Below are positions 26,701 to 39,500 of a stretch of 64,000 nt of DNA, piece after piece; position 1 is the stretch's first letter, and every line of letters begins with the position of its first letter. Origin of the DNA: Eledone cirrhosa (Eukaryota); NCBI GenBank assembly GCA_964016885.1, contig OZ024750.1, forward strand, positions 14,446,001 to 14,510,000. Direction: 5' to 3'. The translations under genes and the position numbers were made by a program. The notes beneath the pieces were generated by a model. The model worked only from the letters and a program-made list of their open reading frames with translations, was not told the origin of the DNA and ran no database searches.

Positions 26701-29700
26701 ACAGTAGACACTACAGTTTTTAAGCCAAAAAAGAAACTTAACATTGTAACTTTAACACAGCTACTGAGCGACCCCGAGCAACGCCGGGCTTTACTGCTAG
26801 TCTATATATATAAAACTGAGGTTGTCTGTCTGTCTACTAAAACCTTCGGCACACATCTCCTCTTAAACCGTACGTTCAAATTTCGGTGAAATTGCTACAC
26901 TTATAGATGAAGGTCCGGCGGAACCATCGGTCAAATAAATTTTCAAATCGACCCACGCCAAGTGTAAAAATCGAATTTGTAATGTATTGATTTTTCAGTT
27001 CAAATGTATAAATAGAGATGAGAGACGAGTTATTTCCCTTTTATGGCGTCATTTGCTTATCTATTTATGTTACGTATAAACGACGCGGTGGACCGAGAAG
27101 AACAATTTCATGCAAAGAGAAGACCAAGTTTATGGTGTAAATGGAGTCGTTAGCTTAATATTCTATTTAAAATAACCGAATGATTTCCAGCCCCGGAGTT
27201 TAAGAATGATGTAAATAAAATTGTAAACGAAAATGACAGGTTATTAAAATAGTTGTTTCTACTTTTGGCACAAGGCCAGCAATTAAACAGTACATTACTG
27301 GTACTTTATTTTATCAACCCCGTAAGGATGAAAGGCAAAGTTAACCTCGACGGGATTTTAACTTTGCCTTAACATAGTAAAAATAAATAGTGAAGATTTA
27401 GGCCAGTACATACGTATGCACCGACGAACATACACATACTTATACATACGCACACACAAATACATACACACACACACACATGCGCGTGTGTGTAAACCTT
27501 ATGCATTTCTACAGTATTTTCACCAAACTTAAGACATAGGTTACTCATGTACTCCGGATGGTCATGGACACTTTCATTTTTCCAGATATTGATTATAGGG
27601 CCTCCCGGTGGATAACGCCCTTTAACCACTTCCTTGGAGTCGACTGAAGCACTGCAGTGCAATGCAAAAAAAACGTCATAACTTCTGGAGTTCGCAATCG
27701 ATTTTCACAAAACTTGACACATGGGATACGTTTGTTCTACAGATGAATGTGAACTCTCAGAATTGGCACATATTGAGTAGGGGACCCCTGAGGGCAGGAA
27801 CCCCCTTTTGGAAAAAGTCGATGAGTTTATAAAAGTATAGTTTTCGAAGCAGCACTGAAGTATTGACATAAATGGTATACATAACTGCTATTTAATACCC
27901 GAGCAACGCCGGGTACCTCTGCTAGTATACTATATAATTATATTAATTTCTGGTAACAAATTTCTCAAATCAACTGTTATTAGTTTAGTAACATGGAGGC
28001 AGATGGCTTAGTGGTTAGAGCATTGGCCTTGCAATCGAAAGGTTGTGAGTTCAATTCTCAGACCGGGTGATGTGTTGTTTCCTTGAGCAAGAGACTTTAT
28101 TTCACATTGCTCCAGTTTACTCAGCTGCAGAAATGAGATGATAGGGACTGGGGTCCATATCATTCCACTGCAAAGTGTGCCACGGCAAAAAAGCACCCAG
28201 CACTCATTGTAAATGAGGTTGGTGTTAGGAAGGGCATGCAGCTGTAAAAATCAAGCCAGAATCAGTTCCCGTCCCACCCTTGTAAGCAGGGAAAAAGTGG
28301 ACGTAAAATGAAATGAAGCTGTTAATTGCTGGAATGAAATTTAGAAATAAGTATATGAATCAGAGGTTCTCAAAATTATGCAAGGAAAAGCCTTTACCAT
28401 GAAAATACAATAGTTTATATAGAGTAACATAAATGCTAAAGGGTTAAGGAGAGAGAAGATGATTGATGTTGCTTTTGAATTTTTGCAAATGATAGTAATC
28501 AGGGAAGCTAGAAGAGTATCCCATAGGTGAGATGTGAGAGGGAAGAAACAAACAGATTAGAAAATTAGGTAGTAACATGTACTTACGCCATATTTGACTA
28601 CATAGAATTAGTCTGTTAGTTGGGATTATTAAAAACAAAAGATGTGAGTTAGTGCTCCATGTACGTCAATACTCATCCTTTTTTCCATCCAGAGGTTTTT
28701 TTAAAATCCCAACTAACAGACTAATTATATATAGTGTAATTTTCTAATTTGTAAACAAAGCCTGCTTTGTGTCTCCCTATACAATCAGAATAGAATTTGT
28801 GCTTATATGCTCCCTACATATAATCAGAATAGAATTTGTGCTTATTTAGGAACCTCAACAGTAAATGGATGAGACATAACCACCAATATCATGTTCCATT
28901 TAAACTTGTGAAGATGAGGCAACAAAGAGGAAAGCTCATCAGAACAATTTCCATGAAAATGTTTATAGAAAAGGGAAAGAGAGGTAACATTTTAATGTTG
29001 TGATAGTCATTGAAGCTGGCATGTTAAGTCAGGACCAATAATGTTGATGATTCTTCTTTGGATCTTATCTTGACTCTCCAGGTGCACAGCAGAAGCACTA
29101 GACCAAATGTGGCAACAGAACTCAATTCAAGGACCTAATGGTTGATTTATAGACATGAAAAAGTTTGGGGCATGATAGAACAAACCAACTTTCTGGGCCA
29201 CAGACTTAATAGTGAATGATGTATCCATTAGTTAAAGCTGAAAACTTGATGCTATGCAATTACCCCAGTACATTACTGGTACTTTATTTTACCAACATCC
29301 GTAAGGCAAAGTTAACCTCAGTGGGATTTGAACTCAGAGTATAAACTCTATGCTGCACAGCATGGCCTCCGACCCTCTACTGATACTGCCAATCCACCGC
29401 CCTTGATGCTATATAATAATCACTGATCGTTGAAAGGCATGAGTCTGACAAATACATTTGTGATTATGAAGCTATTAAAGAATAAGCATCGAAATATGGG
29501 GGGATTAATAACAAAAACAACAACATACTATTTAAAGGTAAACGAGGAATATCTGTACAATCAATATCAAAGGTTGGAAGTTTATCTGAAATTAACAAGA
29601 CATAAAAAGAATGTAAATGACTGAAAAATATAAATATCAAGCTAGACAGGCGTTATCCTTTACTCAAAGTTAAATGAATGATCTTCCCTTGTCTTTATAA

Positions 29701-30551
29701 TTGTGTATAAGTTTGCGTTGAAGCTGTAACATCATTTCTTAACGCTTTAGCATTTAAACCGGCCATATGGTTAAAATACATATTGAAATTGGACAGAATT
29801 TTTGTTCAAGTTTGATAATAAGTTATCAGAAAAAATTCTAGAACTGTGTTCTGATGATAGCAATTCCTTAACTTCCAAGATAAATATTATGTAGAACATA
29901 GCAGTAGAGTTATAGAACTATGGATAATATATTTCAGTATATGAATGAATATTATAAACACATTTTAAAATTTGCATCAACGTTTTGCTAAATAATTGAT
30001 AAACTATATAAATTGAAAGAAAAAAATAAGAGATGAAACATAAATTCTACTTTGTGGGATTTGTGGAAGTGGCCTCGAGAATTCACTTTCATTATCTGAA
30101 TCACCATCTGGAAAAGAAATAATATCATATAATTCAGAAGTAAAACTGGAAGAAAATATTGGGGAGGTGATTGAATTAGAAGATTAAAATGAATAGTTTG
30201 TAGTTTGGCTTTTAACATGATGCAAGACTACAGAGTAAATATTTAATATTTAGATAAGGATGAGATAGAGATTGAAAAATGTTTAAAACAGAGAATTTAT
30301 AATTGTCAGTAAAACTATATGTAAACAGGTAGAAGTGAAATGCCCAATTATATATAATACTAGACCACCTGTGACCCATTGGGTCACATTCACTTCAATA
30401 TATTTTTTTAAAATCATGTTCACTTAAAAATAATTTTTAAATAATTAAAATATACAGACGTACATATAATGTGAAATGAAACTGGAAGGTCCATATATAC
30501 ATGTGTGTATGTATATATATAAATGTGTGTGTGTATATATATTTATATGTA

Positions 30552-30582
<31 letters not shown>

Positions 30583-33500
30583 GTGTGGGTGTCTGTGATC
30601 TATATACACTGGTCATAGACACATACACACACTCACACATATATATATACACACAACTCCACCAGATCTTTCTTTCTCTCTTCCATTCTCCTTCTCTCTC
30701 AATCTCCCTCAATCTCTCTCACAAACACCATCTCTTTCACTCTACCCTTCTCTCTCTCTATTTATGAAGGTACCCAGAAAACACCATATCTCGGGGAAAC
30801 CATGGTCCGATTTACGTGAAATTTTGTTTTATTCCATTTGTATTCCCATTTCAGGGGCAATTTTCTTCCAAAGTATTTTCCCATTATGCACCCTTTTGGC
30901 TGTATTACATTACAGACAAGCAAGAAAGCAATTGCATAATTTCAGTAGTGTATAGATTGGACTAGCAGCTGAGAGGTTTCAAGTACAAATCACTTATGTA
31001 TTTTGGTGTGAATTTAGCTCAAACAAATGGTTTGACAAAAGAGCACCAAGTTCTCTGTCGTAAGGAAGCAAAGGGACCTGCCTTTGTGTCTCCACTCAAT
31101 TCTGGACTGAATATCCTTGTGCGGATGTTCACTTGTTTTACATCCGTCTAAAGAATACAGCGAGTCTCTCACACACAATCATAACATTCATGAACATGCA
31201 CATCCACATGGTACCTCGTCTTGGACAAAAGGGGGCATGAAAGGCTCGCAAACTCAGGTGTCACATCAGTGGCCCTTCATCAGGGAAGTGGCCATGCTCA
31301 AATATGTAGAAAAGGAGCAGGTAGGAGCTCTATATGATGTACTTTATGTAAGGTATGGGTACACAAGGGGTGTAGTGGGAAAGCAGTCAGACTAATAAAA
31401 AAAAAAGATAGGTTTTACATGTGGCAAATGTATAGGAATAGTAGGTAGTAAGAGCAGTTAAAAAATAAACCTTTTCCAAGCAGAGGAAAAGAACCATAGA
31501 AGTAGTTGATAATTCCTGTTATTTTGCAGTAGAGGAGGTTACTCTGAAAACATAGTAGCTAAAATAAGAACAGGCTTGGAAAAGTTTACCTTTGTTAACA
31601 GCAAAGGGATTTTCTCTCTGAGCAAAGGGTTTATTACTAACATTAACCCTGTGTGTGCTCTAGGCGCATTATATCGCCAATAGAGTAATCTCCCCTTAAT
31701 AATAATGCAGTGTCAAGGGAATCAATTCATAAAAGAAATTAGCATGCTAAAAATTAAAATGTTGAAAAACAACTGTTACCACAAGAGATCTTGAATTTTT
31801 GAGGAATAGATTTAACGACATCCTTGATGTTAATATCATCATAGATAGCTTCTTCGATGTTGTTAATATTAGCTAAGGGAAAATCCACTCTCTCATCTGA
31901 AGAACCGTCAGGTAAAGCTCTAAATAAAGAAAAACAACAAAAGGCATATTTATGATTCATAATTTAATATTACAGGTTAAGTTGAAAATCAGCTGCAGGC
32001 ATTTAATATTTGTTGGAAAAAAGTAACTTTAACCCTTTAGCATTTACATTGTTCTATCTTACTATTGTATTTTCACAGTAAATGCTTTATTTTACATAAT
32101 TATCTATGTAATATCAAATCTACAAGATTTTGATGTCACTTATTTTGAGAACAATACCTTAATATAGGTATGAGCAGCCAGTTACGGCTGGTTTGAACAG
32201 AAAGAGGTGAGAGAATCCTGGCCAGATGTGGCCAGTTTAAATGCTAAAGGGTTAAAATTGAATGAAGTCTATTGGAAATATATTTCAATTCCCCCTTATT
32301 ATAGAATAAATGAGAGTAAGAAAGGCATCTAGGTAGATGAAAAAATACTTACAAAAACATGAAAAGGTTGAGATAAGGTATAGTAATGTATAACTAGTTT
32401 AACATTTGAAAATCTAAACAAAAATTGGTGCAGAGCAATTGTAAAAGTGTCACAACTGATCATCCACTCCTAAGTTTCTTTACTATGGTATAAATATGGA
32501 ACCAAATTATATTTGTGATGAAAAAAGCCCCTGATAAATTCTAGGCAACATCCATCTAACTTGTGAGGACCCTGATAAATTCTAGACAATATGTATATCT
32601 TAAGAGGGCCCTAATAAATTCTGGACAACACCCATCTAACTTGGGAGGACCCTGATAAACTCTAGACATGATTTGAATATAAAAGGTAGAAAGAGGCAAA
32701 ATTAGATGCTGCAACACCTTTAATCTGAAATGATGCTGTCTCTGTAACCTTGACATCTTTTAACACATTTCAACATTTCACATTAAAAACATTTCAATAT
32801 TAGAAAGTAAAAAAAAAAAAAAAGGGTAGTATTACAATATTTAATTGTATCCCACTTAGTTCTGTCTTTAAATTACACCAGTGCTCAGTAATTACACCAG
32901 TGCTCAGTAATTACACCAGTGCTCAGTAATTACACCAGTCCTCAATAATTACACCAGTCCTCAGTAATTACACCAGTCCTCAGTAATTACACCAGTCCTC
33001 AGTAATTACACCAGTCCTCAGTAATTACACCAGTCCTCAGTAATTACACCAGTCCTCAGTAATTACACCAGTCCTCAGTAATTACACCAGTCCTCAGTAA
33101 TTACACCAGTCCTCAATAATTACACCAGTCCTCAGTAATTACACCAGTCCTCAATAATTACACCAGTCCTCAATAATTACACCAGTCCTCAGTAATTACA
33201 CCAGTCCTCAATAATTACACCAGTCCTCAGTAATTACACCAGTCCTCAATAATTACACCAGTCCTCAGTAATTACACCAGTCCTCAGTAATTACACCAGT
33301 CCTCAGTAATTACACCAGTCCTCAGTAATTACACCAGTCCTCAGTAATTACACCAGTCCTCAGTAATTACACCAGTCCTCAGTAATTACACCAGTCCTCA
33401 ATAATTACACCAGTCCTCAATAATTACACCAGTCCTCAGTAATTACACCAGTCCTCAGTAATTACACCAGTCCTCAGTAATTACACCAGTCCTCAGTAAT

Positions 33501-36500
33501 TACACCAGTCCTCAGTAATTACACCAGTCCTCAATAATTACACCAGTCCTCAATCTGTCTATTATCTTGCTCAAGTTATCAAGTATGATAAATATTAATC
33601 AACCTATATTAGTGTGGAAAAGCAGATGCAATAACAATGAGGTTGTAACTGCTCCCGTTGCAGCTGATGAAATATAACATAAGAAGATAAATGTTTACAC
33701 TCACCGAGTGGGTCTATTATTGGCTATACACATTTCAGCTTTTATTCGTCTCATCCATTCCTATTGACAACATCCAAATGTTTTGAGAATTAAAATAATA
33801 ATAATGAAATTATTGTGTACAGTGCTCAGGTGCACTACAACTCATCAAAGGTGCATGTATAATACATAGAATAATGTACAAATGTCAGGAAAGTGAACAG
33901 TGTATGAGTCATGATATACACACAGATATACATGCGTGTGTGTGTATGGAGAGGAAATATCAGGTGAAGTGTTGGTGAATTTCAGGAAGCATGGAGGTTT
34001 TAAAGGATGCAAAAGAAGAAAAGAAGGAAAAAGAAAAGAAAAGAGAGAGACAAAAAAACACTACATACATACACATTTCAGATCACAGTGAAAAGAAAAA
34101 TACCATTGAACAAAGTGTATATACATTTTTTTGGGGACACCCTGTATATATTCTAAGAATTATCATGTATGAATTAAATGGCTCCTACCGTTCTTGCATG
34201 AAACAACAACAGTGGCCTATATATAATGTAGAAGAACAACTATCTTCTTATATGTTCTTTTCAACCTACAAGATCTTCTCACACCTCCATAAACCATACA
34301 GACAACCTTAATAGATTAGAGGTACTTCGTCGGTTAGGACGACGAGTGTTACAGTCGTTACGAGAAGTGCGAGTGGCTGAGAAATCCACAGACATGCAGA
34401 GTTGACAAGACACTCTTCTAACTACAGATACAACTCAATTTTGTGAAATAAAGTGTCTTGCTCAAGGACTTAGTGCGCTGCTGGGAATTGAACTCATGAC
34501 CTTATGATCATGAGCCAAATACCCTAACCAAAAAGCCTTATACACAAATGATATTACACACATTCTCAAATCATTCTCTAGACATTGCTGCACAACTATT
34601 CCAACCCTACTTAAATCATCTTGAAACAACAGACAACCCTTTTGATAGCAACCCACCCAAAACTGCTTCTGGTTCTAAAAAACAAAACAACCCATTTTAA
34701 AGGGTTCCTATTTAAATTACAATCTTCCAACATAATATGACAAATGAATCTATCATCATCATCGTTTAACATCTATCTTCCACGCTAGCATGGGTTAGAC
34801 AGGTTTGTCTCATTTGAGGCAAGTTGAGTCGGGTGACCGTGTCTTGCTCATATAGGACTGTTTCTGGATGGTTTTCTACAGCTGGATGACCTTCCTAACG
34901 CCAACCACATTTACAGTATGTGCTGGGTGCTTTTTGTCGTGACACATACACGACCACTTTACAGTGTGGGCTGGATGTTTTGTGGTTCCAACATAACTTT
35001 ACAGAGTAAGAGTGGCGTGGACAGAAGTGGGTGGGAGGTGTAGGGGTGTAGGGGGGGGGGGATAGTTAAATTATATTACAAATACCATTTTAATACCTGT
35101 TTCTACTTTTGGCACAAGGCCAGCAATTATCCCACTGTATTACTGGTACTTATTTTATCGACCCCGTAAGGATGAAAGGCAAAGTTAACCTCGGCGAGAT
35201 TTGAACTCAGATTATAAAGTTCAAATCACGCTGAGGTTAACCATTTTAATAATGAAATAATTAATTATTTTAATAAATCTCTCCAAATTCTTTAATTAAT
35301 TCAAATACTGTGTCCTTCATGATAAATATAGTAATGAAAGGGTTAAAGTCAATAGCAAATTCACTGTCTCCATTCTTACCAAAAATACAATGAAAACATC
35401 AAGTACAACCAACCATCTACTCAACAAAATCAACATAACATGCACAGAAAAGATAAAAATATCAGGATTTATCGTCAATATATTCACAACTTGTTCACAA
35501 CACACATAAAAGATATACTAAAGAAATCACACGTAACATATCTAGTCAACGGATAAAAACAACAATGGTTTATAAATAGGTTAGGTCAATATAAACTATG
35601 CTTCTTCCCGCCAATCAACAAAAAATATTAAACAGGACATGGTGCATCACAACACATCTTCACAGAAGAAAAATACTAAAAATATCAACCAATCTGAATA
35701 TGTGAAGAGAGGTTACTGCTGCTGCAAGTTTGAACATTTAATACATGTCAAAGCAGTCAGACACATTTACAATCCTGTATATAGTGTTACTGCTGAGGAA
35801 CCTTTAGGTGACTCTGATCATGCTATGATCATTGCCAATCTATCCCTCATGGGCAGTAACAAAAACCACAACCATCTCCAAACTGCTCACTTTGACTGGA
35901 ATAAAGCAGACTGGAACTGTTACTGCACCGTAGAGATGTCAACACTGTACTCCAGAACATCCTGAGCTCAATATGGACAGCATGTGCAGCATCGGTGCCA
36001 CGTAAGCGGAAAAAACATCCTAAAAGCGCAATTTGGGAGACTGCAGCAGTCCGTCTTGCCAGAAAAGAACGGCGCAATGCTGAACGTGAGTACAAACTTC
36101 ACAAATCAGACATTAATAGGAAGAGGCGAAATAGATCGTCCAACCACCTCAAACAGGTGACAAAAAAGGCAGTGCTTCAATTTGAGCAGCGCATAGCAAC
36201 CAGCCCTGACAGTAAGGTGTTCTGGAAGTATGTTCACTCAAAGCAGAGGCCTCACTCTCCAGTTGGTCCTCTTCGCAATCCCCACACAAGCCAGGTTACT
36301 GACGACCCCAAGGAATGCGCAGAGCTCATTGCTGAATGCTATGCAGGCATTTTCACCATTGAAGACCAGAGTGTACCATCTCCACCACCTATGACACCGG
36401 ACTCTATTACAACCATGGAATTTACACCTGCAATGCTGCGACGTCACCTAAAAAATAAATGCAACCATGCCTCTCCTGGTCTTGATGGTGTTACGTACCT

Positions 36501-39500
36501 GCTTCTTAAACGTGGTGGGTACTTCCTTCTACACCAGTTATCACGCTTCTTCCAATTCTGTCTGAACAACAGTGCTACTCCAGAACAGTGGAAAACTGCC
36601 AGTGTAATTCCTCTGTTCAAAAAGGGTGACCGCACATCACCTGTGAACTATCGTCCAGTCAGTCTTACTAGTTGCATCGCCAAACTGATGGAATCCTGTG
36701 TCAGAGAAACACTTTGGAACTTCTGGAGCTCTCACAGTCTTATCCGGCCCTCGCAATTTGGATTTATCCCCAACTCCAGCTGCTGTGATCAACTTATAGA
36801 GTTTCTTGAGGACATCACCCGGATCACTGATGGCGGCTCATGGGTGGATGTTGTTTACCTTGACTTTGCGAAGGCCTTCAATTCTGTGCCGCACAAAAGG
36901 CTTATGGCAAAACTCTCTGCAATGGGTGTGAAGGATGATCTTTTTAACTGGTTGAAGTCCTTCATTCTCAGTCGAAGAGAGGTAGTCACGGTTCTGGGAC
37001 AGCATTCCTCACCATATGAGATGTCATCTGGTGTACCTCAGGGATCTGTTCTTGGCCCCCTTTTGTTTGTGGCATATATTAATGACATAGATGCCAACTT
37101 AAGGAATGCCACAGTACTAAAGTACGCAGACGACATCAAGCTGTACCTTGAGATAAAAAGGACAGATCCTGAACACTATAGATCTTGCTTGCAGTCTGAC
37201 CTGGACACAATGCAACAGTGGATCTCAGACTGGCAACTCAAGCTAGCTGTGGACAAGTGCACCACCATGCATTTTGGGAGTAAAAACCCAGCGTCCACAT
37301 ACTCCCTCCACAGCACTAATATCAAGAAGTCTTCCTGTGAACGTGACCTGGGCATTACGGTCAGCAGCGATTTGCGTTGGACGAGGCACGTCTCTAAAAT
37401 TGTCAAGAGGGCCGAGGGTGTCTTAGCATCACTCAGCAAGACCTTTGTCAGCCGCTCTCCAGATATCTATTTAAGGTTGTATACAGCTATGGTGCGACCA
37501 CACTTAGAATTTGCATCACCAGTCTGGAACCCCTATCTTGCTCAGGACATTGACCGCCTGGAAACTGTTCAGAGACGTGCAACCAAGCGAATACCCTCCA
37601 TCAGGCATCTACCATACTCTGAGCGCCTTGCTTCCCTGGGCATGGATTCATTGAAACTCCGACGCCTGGCAACTGACTTGGTAAACACCCACAAAATTGT
37701 TAACCATGTTGCCAACAACAACCCTGAGTGCCTTTTCGATTTCCATGTGTCTAACACACGTGGACATGCCCACAAAGTAAGAAAACAGCACAGTTCCCAT
37801 GACTTTCGGAAACATTTTTTCACGCTCAGAGTTGCTGAAGCATGGAACAAACTACCTGCATCAGTTGTTAGCTGTCGAGACACTGCATCCTTTAAGGCCT
37901 CCATGCTTCCCGAGATCCGCCAACACTACAGCTAACACATACAAACATGTACTTCCCTGGCATTTGTGTATTATTCTATGTACTATATTGACGAGTTGTA
38001 GTGCACCTGAGCACTTTACACAATAATTTCATTATTATTATTATTATTATTATTATATGATGACTCATGCACTGTTCATTTTCCTGACGTTTGTACATTA
38101 TCCTATGTACTATACATACACTTTTTGATGAGTTGTAGTGCACCTGAGCACTGTACACAATATTTCATTATTATTATTATTATTAATACAATAGAAATTA
38201 TATGAAGCAAATATTTCTTAAATAAAGACAGTGGAATAGATGTTTTGAGTTCAATTCCCACTGAAGTTAATTTTGCTTATCGTTCCTGCAGGGTCGGTAA
38301 AATAACCAATTTATTATTAGAATCAATAAAATAAATTGAAACTTTTCCCGAAAATATTTGGCCTTATACTACTTCTTCCTGAGAAGGTTGTGGGGGCAGA
38401 GTCCTGAAACACTCTTTCCAGTGGGTCCTGTCAGAAGCAACCATCTCCAGCTGGATCCCCAAGCGAGACCAGCCAAACTCATGGATGTTATCCAATCATC
38501 TTGTTCGGGGTCTACCCCTGGGTCTCCTACTTGTTGGTTTTGCCCATAAAATCTGTCCAACAATTCTTCCCTGAGACATTCTAACCACATGAACATAGTA
38601 TCAGAGCTGTGATCTCTCAATTCAGAGAAGTAGCGGCTCTACCTGGAGTGACTCTCTGATCTCTGAGCTATGCACTTTATCGAGTAACAATATTTCAAAG
38701 ACCCTCCGGAGGCTTGTATTCACGGTTGTATTCTTTTGGTAATTACCTAAGATTCACAAACATAGGTAAGGGTTGGCACGAATAGTGAATTGAAGATAGC
38801 AAGTTTGGCTTTTATGCCTACCTCCCTTCTTCTGATTACTAGTGCTTTTTATTATGTCACCAACATGATTACTTTACAGTATGGACTGGGTGCTTTTTGT
38901 TGTGACAACAAGACAACCACTTTACAGTGTGGATTGGGTGTTGGGGATTGGAGAGGTAGGTCTAGAGTGAGACACTTAGCTGGTGAAGGGTAGAGTGGTA
39001 GGACATGGGAGGTATATGGAAGGGGTACATACTAGAGACCACTAGATGTTTAATATGTAATGAAAATACAACGTACCACCATTTCATATTGAGATGACGC
39101 TGAAAACATTATTTTCTTACAGCTGGGATCTGAATGGTTGATAACAAATGTCCAAACAGATGACTCATCTCCACTTCGTTGAACCCTGAAATACATTATG
39201 TTGTAACATTAATAATTGGGATTTCTTGTATTGGCACATGGCTATACATTTAATACTAATAAAGATTTGTTTCAAAAGTAGTCAAGATATATATATTCCA
39301 GAAATATAGTGCTGCAGTAGTAAAAATGGTTTCTAGTTTAGGTACAAAGCTAGCAATTAGTGGGGAGGGCAATATGGAGGTGTGTAGCCTAGTGATAGTA
39401 AGAGCATTGGACTTATGATCATAATGCCGTGGGTTTGGAGCAAAACACTTCATTTCCCTTTGCTCCAGTATACTCAGCTGAAAATAAGTACCAGCAATAA

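Noticed and set aside
27995-28070. tRNA gene (also other A/B-box hits)
   Set aside because: A/B boxes continue into SINE bodies and tails, and no intact cloverleaf is evident
28587-28612. Longer 26-nt version of the microexon using the upstream CAG
   Set aside because: Introduces an immediate in-frame TAA
32871-33554. CRISPR-like array
   Set aside because: Units are contiguous with no unique spacers, there are no cas genes, and the context is a eukaryotic intron
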